A stretch of 64,000 nt of DNA, taken from a plasmid. Both the position numbers and the translations under genes were made by a program. The notes beneath the pieces are model-generated. The model saw nothing but the letters and a program-made list of their open reading frames with translations, was not told where the DNA came from and ran no database searches. How positions within the stretch are numbered: the first letter of the stretch is position 1; every line of letters starts with the position of its first letter. Positions 1 through 9,082 of this stretch are shown here, piece after piece. The stretch is taken from sequence record LC546831.1; one strand, written 5' to 3'.

Positions 1-81
1 TAGACGTTTAATGACGGCTTCTGGCTGCTCGCGCATGATGAACGAGCAGATGTTGGTGTCGAGCATATAGGTCTTGTTCAC
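1..81 (-). CDS. vapC: VapC-family PIN toxin, N-terminal fragment (gene runs off the left edge). Probable GTG start at 81 overlapping the vapB stop
   Basis: Reverse translation of 81..1 gives VNKTYMLDTNICSFIMREQPEAVIKRL. This matches the VapC/MvpT N-terminus (MLKFMLDTNICI). Gives a 4-nt GTGA overlap with the upstream antitoxin. Confidence 0.6.
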   Translation of the reverse strand, partial: MNKTYMLDTNICSFIMREQPEAVIKRL

Positions 82-341
82 AGGTCAAATCGTCCTTCGT
101 CGCTGACCACGTCCGCACGCTCCGCCATAAAGTCCGGGTCGGCCTTATCCAGCTGCGCGAACGAACCCCAGGTCGGGCGGACGGGGCGCAGGATTATATT
201 ATCCCCTTCCCTGACGATCTCGAGCTCACTCACCCCCTCAAAGTCCAGATCGCGGGGCAGACGGATGGCGCGGTTGTTGCCGTTTTTAAAAATGGATACG
301 GTTCGCATGATGTCCTCCTGGTTTATGGCCTCATGGCCCAT
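78..341 (-). CDS. vapB: VapB/AbrB-SpoVT family antitoxin. Likely true start at M of MRTVSIFKNG, near 308
   Basis: MRTVSIFKNGNNRAIRLP motif is typical of VapB/MvpA. Immediately upstream of vapC on the same strand. Confidence 0.7.
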   Translation of the reverse strand: MGHEAINQEDIMRTVSIFKNGNNRAIRLPRDLDFEGVSELEIVREGDNIILRPVRPTWGSFAQLDKADPDFMAERADVVSDEGRFDL

Positions 342-593
342 CTACATAGGCTAAGTATATGCCGATGCATAGCATATGTATAGGACAAGGATATGCAGAT
401 GGCTGGCATATGGATATGTTTGCCCTATCCTTGCCTTCTTCTTTTTCAGCCAAGATCCGTTTTCTGCTAAAGCCGGATGCTAACTATCTAAGGTGAAGGT
501 GACTATGTGTTTACGCTGGCAGCCAAGCAACCTGAATGGTTTATCGTGATGTGCTCCGGCATACGTAAATCCTACACCGGAGCTAAGGAGTGA

Positions 594-1526
594 TTACTCC
601 TGAAGGTGCAGCTCCTTCAGATTCGTTTCAAAGTAATCAACATAAATTCGCTCATTTTTGGGCTTCATTATCAGCTGAATACCGTTGGGAACGGGCGGAC
701 ATGAGGCCCGGTAGGCGAACATCTCATCCTGGATATTCCGGAGCGTATAACCCAGTTGCTCTTCTTCTGCCCTTCCGGACACCCTGATGCCGGATAATTC
801 CTTCTCAACGTACTTTTTCAGCTTCTCGCTTCTTTTCATACTGCTGCGATTATCCAGAAACTGAAGCAAGAAATAGCGGATGACCGGCAGTGTGAACACC
901 ACATAGAAGAGGATCTCATTCAGCCCGGATTTCATGGAGATGCCGTAAACAAGCATCGCGACAGGCGAGACAATAAAAGCTGAAAGATAAAACACGTGCA
1001 GCACCTTCCTGAGCGATTTGTCCCAGCCGAGGTTTTTTCCGTGGCACAGGAGCGCCATTACGGCCAGCGGCGCGTCATACACCTTACTGACGTACCATCC
1101 CTCTTCGCCAAATCGCTTTCGTGCTTTTTCCGGACTGTCCCTGAAATAGGCAGCTGCCCGGATGATGTCATCCCGTGGGATCTCCTCCACCTTCAGGTCA
1201 TTGCGCCGGATGCCCAGTACCCGGCAGTCGTACATTTCCTGGATTGAGGCTGCCTTCCTGCGCAGTGCCGCGATGTGTCCGCTGATGATAATGTTAAAAG
1301 TAAGCACCAGGAGTCCATACAACCCCAGCAGTGAAGACAGCAGCTCTGAATCGACAAAGCCCCGGCTCCGGTTGTATACGGTAACGAGCGAAAGCAGGAG
1401 CGGCACGATGATGCTGAAGATAAAATTCAGCCTGTTCCAGTTTTTTACCCTGTCGTAAACACGGGCCTGCGCATACAGTAAATCCAGGTTTTCTCTGGTC
1501 GACTGGTTCGTGTAAATGGCATTCAT
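594..1526 (-). CDS. Multi-pass membrane protein (4-5 predicted TM helices). Candidate CBASS S-4TM-type effector
   Basis: Hydrophobic helices FIFSIIVPLLLSLVTVY, LLGLYGLLVLTFNIIISG, VLHVFYLSAFIVSPVAMLVYGI, ILFYVVFTLPVIRYFLLQF. Start is 3 nt downstream of the nucleotidyltransferase gene on the same strand. Confidence 0.45.
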   Translation of the reverse strand: MNAIYTNQSTRENLDLLYAQARVYDRVKNWNRLNFIFSIIVPLLLSLVTVYNRSRGFVDSELLSSLLGLYGLLVLTFNIIISGHIAALRRKAASIQEMYDCRVLGIRRNDLKVEEIPRDDIIRAAAYFRDSPEKARKRFGEEGWYVSKVYDAPLAVMALLCHGKNLGWDKSLRKVLHVFYLSAFIVSPVAMLVYGISMKSGLNEILFYVVFTLPVIRYFLLQFLDNRSSMKRSEKLKKYVEKELSGIRVSGRAEEEQLGYTLRNIQDEMFAYRASCPPVPNGIQLIMKPKNERIYVDYFETNLKELHLQE

Positions 1527-1529
1527 GGT

Positions 1530-2525
1530 TCACCCGTAAACAGGAAATAACGGCCCGAACACATCGCGCCATTTATTGATGGATTTTTCATACTCTTTGT
1601 TCTCCTCAAACCATCTCGCCTCCGATACCTTCTGCGCATCGAGATAACATCTGTCCGAAATCGCCTTACGCGCCTCGGCTGAAAGAGAGTTGATATCTCC
1701 CTGTATGCCTTTGGGATCGTTGACGGAGAACTGTACGTACAGACCGAGATGGCGGAAAAGCGCTTCCAGCTCCATATCGACAAACGATGAGCAGGCTGAC
1801 CTGCCGGCGTAATAGTCCAGAATCAGCGTCTCCAGCAGGTAGGAACTCATGGAGGGCATCGTCGGTCGCCGCTGCCAGTACTTGACTGCTCTGATGACAT
1901 TCAGCACATTGCCGTCATTCTGCACATTGACAGTTGTGACTCTGTCCCTGTCTTTGCGGGGGTCGGTAAACTTCCAGTGGCCTTTGCCGTCGGGGATCAG
2001 ATAGTAAGTCCGTCCAAAGGCATCTTCGCTGGTAATAAAGCAGGGTACGATGTCAAAATTCCAGTCCTTGCTGACCAGTTTCAGCGTGACGGCTTCCTGG
2101 TTACGCCTGATATCAGCTTGGGCGTATTGGGCAATGTCCTGCAGGCGGTTTTTAAAGGCATTCAGAATTCTGACGGAGCAGATAGTGTCAGCTCCGGAAT
2201 GCCGATACCCGTGCAGGCGCGACCCCTCGCCGGAAGAGGTCAGAGTGATCCGGTCACTCAGAACGTTATAGGTGGCACTCTGCGCGGATAAGCCGAACAT
2301 CAGATCGATATCGTCCAGAGGACGGATTTTGGTTCTTCTGGCAAAGGATCCAAAGGCAATATGGATCGCTGGATAACTCACCGGAAATTTATCGTCCTTC
2401 TCAAAATCATTCATCTTACCGATAAGCCAGTCGCGACTTGCACGCGCGTCATCGGTATCTGCCTTTTTGAGATTCACGGTATCTTTCATAAATTCGTTAA
2501 AGGCAGCTATTACTGTGGTCGCCAT
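1530..2525 (-). CDS. Nucleotidyltransferase of the cGAS/DncV-like (CD-NTase/SMODS) type
   Basis: GSFARRTKIRPLDDIDLMF (G-S...D-x-D) followed by a third acidic residue in NFDIVPCF, then KGHWKFTDP. About 330 aa, operonic with a TM protein. Confidence 0.5.
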   Translation of the reverse strand: MATTVIAAFNEFMKDTVNLKKADTDDARASRDWLIGKMNDFEKDDKFPVSYPAIHIAFGSFARRTKIRPLDDIDLMFGLSAQSATYNVLSDRITLTSSGEGSRLHGYRHSGADTICSVRILNAFKNRLQDIAQYAQADIRRNQEAVTLKLVSKDWNFDIVPCFITSEDAFGRTYYLIPDGKGHWKFTDPRKDRDRVTTVNVQNDGNVLNVIRAVKYWQRRPTMPSMSSYLLETLILDYYAGRSACSSFVDMELEALFRHLGLYVQFSVNDPKGIQGDINSLSAEARKAISDRCYLDAQKVSEARWFEENKEYEKSINKWRDVFGPLFPVYG

Positions 2526-3539
2526 GTTCAGTCCTTTAATTATTTATTGCAAAAGGCGCAGGGCTCTGACGTACATCTGCACACTCCAGTGCCCTGAAAG
2601 GGTCGAGACAGTTTATTCTTAGTTCCGCAAGTTCACTACCGTCTCGCTTTCTACAAGGCCTTGTAATTTACATGGGAAATAAGAGCCTCGCTCTTTTATT
2701 GAATTTAATGCAAGTGTTTTCAATTTTTAATGCCAAAAAAGCAATAATGCGATTATGTTTAAAATCAATCATTAGTATTGCATTATCAGCACAAATCCTT
2801 CTGCATTCCTCCTGAGATCCGAAAACTCCCAGAGACGGATCTTCCTGAACTCCTCCGGCGTACAGCTGCACGGAAACACAAGATGTAGCGGTGTTTACAG
2901 CTGATGATGACGCTATATGTTGTGTTCTCCCCCTGCCCCGTGACCCGGCGTGCGGCAGCGGATTTTGGTGCTTTGCTTATTTCCCCGGCGTGGTACACTT
3001 CCGGAAAGTTGTTATATGCCAGAAAGTCGGATCACACAGGAAAGGTGAATAGGTAATTTAATGGCGTGGTTATATGGCTGCTTATTATCATCTGGGTGAT
3101 TTTTACTGTATGGAACTGCGAGGGCGATCATCGTCACTGGCGTGATTGCGGGATGTGATAATTTCAATGGGGGTTTATGTGCAAGTCATGTGATATTGAC
3201 GCTAATTATTTTCACTCGGTTTATTGTGTGTATGACCATCTCGCAACTACTCACCACGTTTTATGGCTGCGCGATTCATCGAGAATTCCAAGCGGTTTGC
3301 TATCGAGGAATCTCCTTTCTTCTGCAGGTGATGTATTGGCCATATGGAATGCCCCTCCAGGAAAAGGATGGGCGCTTCGTATCCACGATAATGAAGCCAT
3401 TGACGAACGGCCAGACCCGCAGCGGGGGGATTTTGTCGATCTCAGTGATGAGGCAACAAGGTTTCAGATTCTTTTAGACCTTGGATGTTGACGTTTATAC
3501 AAGAGCTGGGCGGGATTTTGCACTTAATAAGGAACATAC

Positions 3540-4250
3540 ATGGGTGACTGGTTTATTGCCACCGAGGGCGTGAAAATCGTCAAAGACAGTCCAGGCCTGT
3601 GGCCGCAGATCATTACGGGGTTTGCGGCGTTGGGCGGCGTGTACCTGGCCCACTACTTAACCCGCTGGCGTGAGGAAAGAACGGCGGCGGCGAAGCAGGC
3701 CAGTGAGCGTCTTTTTATCGCCACGGAGCTGGTCTTTTTGCTGGAGCAGTTTGCCGAGGGTTGTGCCCAGGTAGCCACGGACCAGGGCGAGCCCGATCAG
3801 CAAGGTGAGTATTCCCCAGCGGTAAAGGCGCCTGAGCTGACTGTCCTGGATGTTTCGGGGGACTGGCGCACGCTTCCTCCGCTGATCATGTACCGGATTC
3901 GTGAGCTGCCCATACTGCAGAGCGAAGCCCGTCGGGATATTGCTGCAGCTGCAGAGCATAGTTGGGCTCCCTATCACAAAGAAGGTTTTCAGGAGCGTCA
4001 GTACCAGTATGCGCGCCTCGGGCTGAAGGCCCTGCTCCTCTCACGGCGCCTCCGCAAACTGGCCGGTCTGCCCGACACCCGCCTTGATGCGACGGAATGG
4101 TCTGCCCAGCCTGTCCTCTGGAAGGCGTGGCGGGAGGAGCGTAACAGACGTTCGGTTCAGGCAAGGCTGCGGCGGCAAACTATCGCACAGATGAATGTTG
4201 CCCTGCAGCAGAGCATAAAAAATAACAGCCTGTCGGGGAGGACGCCGTGA
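3540..4250 (+). CDS. Hypothetical protein with an N-terminal TM helix. Overlaps the start of the recombinase gene
   Basis: ORF with high-GC codon usage. 4-nt overlap with the downstream recombinase. Confidence 0.5.
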   Translation: MGDWFIATEGVKIVKDSPGLWPQIITGFAALGGVYLAHYLTRWREERTAAAKQASERLFIATELVFLLEQFAEGCAQVATDQGEPDQQGEYSPAVKAPELTVLDVSGDWRTLPPLIMYRIRELPILQSEARRDIAAAAEHSWAPYHKEGFQERQYQYARLGLKALLLSRRLRKLAGLPDTRLDATEWSAQPVLWKAWREERNRRSVQARLRRQTIAQMNVALQQSIKNNSLSGRTP

Positions 4251-5020
4251 ATTTGCCAGCCCAGTATACCCAGCCCCCGGCTTTACAGTTACCAGTGGCG
4301 ATTGATTATCCTGCTGCGCTTGCCCTGCGTCAGATGGCTCTTGTCCATGACGAACTGCCCAAATACCTGCTGGCGCCGGAGATCAGCGCCCTGCTCCACT
4401 ACGTACCGGACTTGCACCGTAAACTGTTGCTGGCCACCCTGTGGAACAGCGGCGCCCGGATCAACGAGGCACTGGCGCTGACGCGCGAGAATTTCTCGCT
4501 GGCGCCGCCCTACCCGTTCGTGCAGCTGGCCACCCTCAAGCAGCGCACGGAAAAGGCGACCCGCAGCGCCGGCCGGTTGCCGGCGGCCAGCACGCCGCCG
4601 CGCGTGGTGCCGCTGTCCGATCCGCAGTACGTGGCGCAGCTGCAGATGATGGTGGCCACGCTGAAAATTCCGCTCGAGCGCCGCAACGCGCGCACCGGCC
4701 GGATGGAAAAGGCGCGGCTGTGGACGATCACCGATCGGACGGTGCGCAGCTGGCTGGCGGAGGCGGTGGACGCCGCGGCGCGCGACGGGGTTACGTTCTC
4801 GGTGCCCGTCACTCCGCACACCTTCCGCCACAGCTACGCGATGCACATGCTGTATGCCGGCATTCCGCTCAAGGTACTGCAGGCGCTGATGGGGCACAAG
4901 TCGATCAGTTCGACGGAGGTCTACACCAAAGTCTTTGCGCTGGATGTGGCAGCGCGGCACCGGGTACAGTTCTCGATGCAGGAGACTGACGCGGTGGCAA
5001 TGCTTAAAGGATTGAACTGA
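4247..5020 (+). CDS. Short tyrosine site-specific recombinase (resolvase-like, ResD/Xer-type, no arm-binding domain)
   Basis: C-terminal HTFRHSYAMHMLYAGIPLKVLQALMGHKSISSTEVYTKV (R-H-R-Y catalytic region). 257 aa. Confidence 0.8.
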   Translation: MNLPAQYTQPPALQLPVAIDYPAALALRQMALVHDELPKYLLAPEISALLHYVPDLHRKLLLATLWNSGARINEALALTRENFSLAPPYPFVQLATLKQRTEKATRSAGRLPAASTPPRVVPLSDPQYVAQLQMMVATLKIPLERRNARTGRMEKARLWTITDRTVRSWLAEAVDAAARDGVTFSVPVTPHTFRHSYAMHMLYAGIPLKVLQALMGHKSISSTEVYTKVFALDVAARHRVQFSMQETDAVAMLKGLN

Positions 5021-5181
5021 ATAGCGTCGATTTTTAGTTTCATGCGGTTTGTGGCGATTTGCACCCGTTTAGCCTCAATTGCTAAGCGCACCACGGGAAA
5101 AAGAGGAATGGAGCTGGTTGCTACCGCCTTTCGTCGGAGGTATCGAATTTTCCGCAATTAGTGATAGTGTCGAGATAATCA

Positions 5182-5199
5182 GGTTTCGCATGCGAAATT
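5182..5199. promoter_or_regulatory. Operator-like palindrome copy 1 (GGTTTCGCATGCGAAATT, one arm mismatch), 5 nt upstream of the 5204 ORF
   Basis: Direct read of an inverted repeat. Confidence 0.6.
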
Positions 5200-5203
5200 T
5201 ATT

Positions 5204-5413
5204 ATGAAGGAGATGATGATGATTCAACCCCATCTTGGTCGTTATTCAACGGTCTGTTTGGTCTGTGCCATAATTAACGGATGTACCGTAGCTTACAATG
5301 GATTTTTCCGCTCAGGAGAGATGTCCATAGTTCTGAACTCACTTTTGGCTCTATCTTGTGTTGCATTGGTGTATGTCGGTATTGGCTTGGAAAAGGTGAG
5401 CAAATCGAATTGA
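5204..5413 (+). CDS. Small membrane protein (69 aa, 2 TM)
   Basis: RBS-like AAGGAG region before the start. Hydrophobic segments. Palindrome just upstream. Confidence 0.45.
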   Translation: MKEMMMIQPHLGRYSTVCLVCAIINGCTVAYNGFFRSGEMSIVLNSLLALSCVALVYVGIGLEKVSKSN

Positions 5414-5417
5414 TGAC

Positions 5418-5433
5418 GTTTCGCATGCGAAAC
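5418..5433. promoter_or_regulatory. Operator-like palindrome copy 2, GTTTCGCATGCGAAAC (perfect)
   Basis: Direct read. Confidence 0.65.
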
Positions 5434-5479
5434 TTTTCTAAATGCATTTGGTAGTGGAATTTACAAGGAGGATGTACGA

Positions 5480-5668
5480 ATGGAGAGATTACATTCAGCG
5501 GTGTTTTCTGTACTGCTATTGATTATGGCATGTTTGTTTTTTGGTCTGTATTGGTACGGCGATGATAGTCTGCGCCCTTCCCTGATAACGATAGTATTCG
5601 CCGTCATCAGTCTCACTGGCGGAGTTCTAACCATGATCAGCTATGCGTTGTCTGCAAGGAAAAACTAG
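5480..5668 (+). CDS. Small membrane protein (62 aa, 2 TM)
   Basis: RBS AAGGAGG before the ATG. Hydrophobic. Confidence 0.45.
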   Translation: MERLHSAVFSVLLLIMACLFFGLYWYGDDSLRPSLITIVFAVISLTGGVLTMISYALSARKN

Positions 5669-5683
5669 TTTCGCATGCGAAAC
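5668..5683. promoter_or_regulatory. Operator-like palindrome copy 3 (perfect)
   Basis: Direct read. Confidence 0.65.
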
Positions 5684-5821
5684 CTCTATTGTGACGAGAA
5701 AGCTATGTTGGAGTATCCTGCTCCTTTACTGGTTTAATGACTAACGCGCTGCGCTTGTTAACTGCGGCACGCCTGCGAAATGATTTCGCCAGGCTTTTCC
5801 GCAGTATCCCCTCTTCCTAAA

Positions 5822-5837
5822 GTTTCGCATGCGAAAT
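5822..5837. promoter_or_regulatory. Operator-like palindrome copy 4 (GTTTCGCATGCGAAAT)
   Basis: Direct read. Confidence 0.6.
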
Positions 5838-5958
5838 TCCTCCATATTTTTAAATATCTTTATTGATATTTGATTTATTGTGAGCTATATTCTCTGTACT
5901 GATAGTGGAAAGCCACTATCGACTCTCTGGCGCAAAGCCATACTCAAAGGAGAATGTC

Positions 5959-6300
5959 ATGCAACACAATGCACTCGTTGGTCGACTGATCACTCAGCCT
6001 GTCTTTGTAGTCAAAGACGACACACGGTTCTGCCGTTTCACCGTAGCTGAACTGAGAAAACGCAGTGGTAACCAAACCAAAATCGAATTCACCGCTTTTG
6101 ATGCCGTAGCCTCGCATATTGCCGATAAGTGCCTGGTCGGCGATACCGTTTCCATCAATTTCACCATCACCAATGCTGTCTATGAGTCGGATGGTGTTAA
6201 TCATCATGGCTATCGGTTTCAGGCGACGTTGGTTGAATTCGTTGCCGCCGGCAAACAGCGCCGTGAGCAAGTGAGTCAACGTATTGGACAAGGTCGTTAA
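5959..6300 (+). CDS. SSB-like OB-fold single-stranded DNA-binding protein (short plasmid type). Start taken at MQHNAL, which has an AAGGAG RBS
   Basis: VGRLITQPVFVVKDDTRFCRFTVAE...EFTAFDAVASHIADKCLVGDTVSINFTI...HGYRFQATLVEF mirrors the SSB OB-fold pattern (VGNLG.DPE.R....G..V..F.LA...). Confidence 0.5.
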   Translation: MQHNALVGRLITQPVFVVKDDTRFCRFTVAELRKRSGNQTKIEFTAFDAVASHIADKCLVGDTVSINFTITNAVYESDGVNHHGYRFQATLVEFVAAGKQRREQVSQRIGQGR

Positions 6301-6307
6301 CTTCCCG

Positions 6308-6323
6308 GTTTCGCATGCGAAAC
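6308..6323. promoter_or_regulatory. Operator-like palindrome copy 5 (perfect)
   Basis: Direct read. Confidence 0.65.
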
Positions 6324-6349
6324 TGACCTAACTACCAGAGGTCGAGTTT

Positions 6350-6616
6350 ATGTCGATTTATATGGAATTACGCTGCGAACTCCGAGGGGAGTTACCAATT
6401 AACGAGTCAAAATGTTGGTCAGAAGTTGACCGCAGCCTGTGGGCAATGGCATTAAACACCCATGAGTCTACAGAACAGACCACAACAGAACTTTTAAGCA
6501 AGGCCACCCATGCCGGTTGGCAAAGTATTAATGGTGATTGGATATGCCCTGGCTGCCAAGAAAATCTGGCATTAACAGAGCAGATGCAGGCAGTCGCCGA
6601 AAGGCATGACCAATAA
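6350..6616 (+). CDS. Hypothetical 88-aa protein with a CxxC pair (CPGC)
   Basis: ORF behind the palindrome. Confidence 0.4.
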   Translation: MSIYMELRCELRGELPINESKCWSEVDRSLWAMALNTHESTEQTTTELLSKATHAGWQSINGDWICPGCQENLALTEQMQAVAERHDQ

Positions 6617-6624
6617 CAGTCTTA

Positions 6625-6640
6625 GTTTCGCATGCGAAAC
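6625..6640. promoter_or_regulatory. Operator-like palindrome copy 6 (perfect), 20 nt upstream of the parA ATG
   Basis: Direct read. Confidence 0.65.
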
Positions 6641-6660
6641 TTTTGAAGAGGATTTCTAAG

Positions 6661-7503
6661 ATGACAGCGAAAGTAATCACGATTTGTTCACAAAAAGGTG
6701 GCATCGGTAAGACCTTTGCCACAACGGAAATAGCGGCAGAGCTGCAGCGTCGCAGCTATCGGACATGTGCAGTTGATGGGGATTGGATGAGCGCGCTGAC
6801 GTCGCGCCAATTCCCCGATGGCCTGCCGCTGGAAATCGATGCCAATCCTTCAGGGCGCGTTCTTACGCCGGGCACCGCACACGTCAATCGCATCTATGGG
6901 GAAGAACCCTTTGAGCCGCTGCGGCTGCATGATGGCCGTGGATTTATGGGGGCGACGGAACAGCTGAACGATATCAACAACCGCAACTCCGATTGTATCT
7001 ACGATTTCCGCGCCCGCTTCGCGGAGCTGCGCGACCAATTTGACTATATCCTGATTGACTCGTCGCCAGTCTGGTCAAACTTGCTGATGGCCAATCACCT
7101 GGTCGCCGATTATCTGTTGATCCCAACGCTGTTGGAAAAAACATCCCGCCTCGGCGCCGAAAAACACCTGCGCACGTTGAAGAAAATCAAGGAGCGGTAT
7201 AACCCAGACCTCAAACTGCTGGGGATCGTGGTTACTCAGGCGACGGTGGCCAACTATAAGAAAGAAGTGCTGGGTGGTCGTTATGCGAGTGTCGATACCG
7301 AGAATCTCAAGATGTTGCTGGAGATCCTGGAAGAGAATGGTTTCGGGCCGGAGCATTTGCTGGAGATTATTCCCTATGTTCAAACCAAGGTCCGTGAAGC
7401 CATTGAGTTGAACTACACCATGAAAGAATACGCGCCGGACAGCCCATTGGTGGCTCGTTATGACGCGCTGGTTGACACTATCATTGCACGGACAGGGGGC
7501 TGA
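6661..7503 (+). CDS. parA: ParA/Soj-family partition ATPase
   Basis: Deviant Walker A CSQKGGIGKT. About 280 aa. Followed by a ParB gene. Confidence 0.85.
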   Translation: MTAKVITICSQKGGIGKTFATTEIAAELQRRSYRTCAVDGDWMSALTSRQFPDGLPLEIDANPSGRVLTPGTAHVNRIYGEEPFEPLRLHDGRGFMGATEQLNDINNRNSDCIYDFRARFAELRDQFDYILIDSSPVWSNLLMANHLVADYLLIPTLLEKTSRLGAEKHLRTLKKIKERYNPDLKLLGIVVTQATVANYKKEVLGGRYASVDTENLKMLLEILEENGFGPEHLLEIIPYVQTKVREAIELNYTMKEYAPDSPLVARYDALVDTIIARTGG

Positions 7504-7507
7504 CACG

Positions 7508-8644
7508 ATGGCCAAAAATTTCAAAGCCCAAATGCGTGAAAAGCGCGAAAAGGCCGCTTCACCGCAAACGCAGGTTGAAACTCCCGCAGTCGAACGCGAA
7601 CTGGCGTTACCGCGTAATGACCTGAACCAGAACGAGCTGAAGGTCAACCGGGCTGAGCACGAGGACCCTGCGGGTCAGATAATTCGTGTTCCAATCGATG
7701 ATGTCTACGCTATTGACCAGGTTCGCCCCGAAGACGACTTTGATGATGAAGTTATCGACGGGATGAAACAAACCTACGGCGACTTCGGCATTTTATCACC
7801 TCCTCGTTGTTTCCCCCGCGATAAGCGCGGATATCGCATTTGGTTGGGTGAAACGCGAGTGCGTTCTGCAAAGAAAAAAGGGGATTTGTTCATCGACATT
7901 TATGTCGGCCTGCCGCCTGAAAATGAGAAGAAGCGCATCTATGGGCAGCTGATCGAAAATCTTCACCAGTCTGGGTTAAAACCGTTAGCCACAGCAATAC
8001 AGCTGCAGGCACTTCGCGATGTGCATGGTGAAACTCAGGAGTCGATGTCTCGTATTTTGGGTAAACCCAAAACGTTCATCAGTAAACACATGCGGTTGAT
8101 TGATGCGCCGGCGCCGGTCATCGCTCTGCTGAAAGAAAAGGTGACCAAAGATGTCGACCTGGTCTATACGCTGTGCCAAATCAACGATATCAGTCCAGAG
8201 AGCGTTGATAAACTGGCCAAACTGGTTCGGGATGGGAAGCTCACGCGCCAGGGAGCGATTAAAGAGCTGAACGTCCTGAAGGGCAAGCCGCCAAAGAACC
8301 CGCCGCCTCCGGCGCCATCAACCAACTCCGGGACAGAAACTCAGGAAGAGAACCGTAACAAAGATGTATTGACGGAACATCCGGGAACTTCGACGAATCA
8401 AACCGGCAACACCGCCGGCGAACAGCAGAATGCCGGCAACGAACAGACCCATAAGACGCAACCGCTACAGGGCGAGTCTAACGTCAAAATCACTCGTGTC
8501 ATGGTGAAGTTTGAGGGGGGGGAAGGCTATTTGCTGACTGACCGGATACCCGAGGAATATGGCCAGGTTTGGATAGCGCTGCCGTTAGGTGAACTGTGCA
8601 TCGATGCCGCAGAAATATCTATCCTGGGGATCAAAGAGGTATAG
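7508..8644 (+). CDS. parB: ParB-family partition/DNA-binding protein
   Basis: ParB N-terminal domain with GETRVRSA (GxxRxxA). HTH SMSRILGKPKTFISKHMRLID. Downstream of parA. Confidence 0.8.
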   Translation: MAKNFKAQMREKREKAASPQTQVETPAVERELALPRNDLNQNELKVNRAEHEDPAGQIIRVPIDDVYAIDQVRPEDDFDDEVIDGMKQTYGDFGILSPPRCFPRDKRGYRIWLGETRVRSAKKKGDLFIDIYVGLPPENEKKRIYGQLIENLHQSGLKPLATAIQLQALRDVHGETQESMSRILGKPKTFISKHMRLIDAPAPVIALLKEKVTKDVDLVYTLCQINDISPESVDKLAKLVRDGKLTRQGAIKELNVLKGKPPKNPPPPAPSTNSGTETQEENRNKDVLTEHPGTSTNQTGNTAGEQQNAGNEQTHKTQPLQGESNVKITRVMVKFEGGEGYLLTDRIPEEYGQVWIALPLGELCIDAAEISILGIKEV

Positions 8645-9082
8645 ATGAGTAAAGCGCTGTTTGCAGACCTGGCGGAGCAGTTTTTATCCGTCGCAGTCAA
8701 AACCTGGGTGATACGTTCAGAATTACCGGCCGCTGCTGCGGCCGATGTTTTGCTTACCACTGCAATCCAGCAGGGCTTCCTGGAAGACCGTGGACGCCCT
8801 TTATTGGGTAATACACTCAATGAGTGGGGGAAGAACAAGAAATACCCGCGATGGGCCATACAGAGCGCTATGGCTCTCCTTTTGGCTGATGGGTGGAAAC
8901 CCGTCACCCATCCTGAATGGGCTGCCTATGCGGCTATACACGTTCAGTCTAAAAAGGGGGGATCGCTCACCCAACTCCTCGATGTTTTGCCGGAAGGGCT
9001 GGACATTGATGTGGCGGCAGGTTGGATCTGCGCGGCGACGGAAGACGCTGCCAGATATCATGATAGGAAAAAGCTGCGATGA
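8645..9082 (+). CDS. Hypothetical protein (145 aa)
   Basis: ORF contiguous with parB. Confidence 0.4.
   Translation: MSKALFADLAEQFLSVAVKTWVIRSELPAAAAADVLLTTAIQQGFLEDRGRPLLGNTLNEWGKNKKYPRWAIQSAMALLLADGWKPVTHPEWAAYAAIHVQSKKGGSLTQLLDVLPEGLDIDVAAGWICAATEDAARYHDRKKLR

Noticed and set aside
3142-3491. Two overlapping + strand ORFs (111 and 104 aa) in the 2600..3540 intergenic region
   Set aside because: Mutually exclusive frames, no clear RBS, no motifs. The region is more likely the AT-rich regulatory region of the nucleotidyltransferase operon. A small real gene cannot be excluded.
4289-4960. 223-aa minus-strand ORF and Ala/Gly-rich + strand ORFs overlapping the recombinase gene
   Set aside because: Antisense or alternate-frame artefacts of GC-rich coding sequence. 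The recombinase frame has the R-H-R-Y motifs.
6643-6660. TTG start for parA at 6643 and upstream extended starts for parB (7460), traB (37023), traN (46133), traU (44468), trbB (49056) and traI (56653)
   Set aside because: Internal ATGs with proper RBS and agreement with F protein N-termini give better starts. Coordinates adjusted in the feature list.
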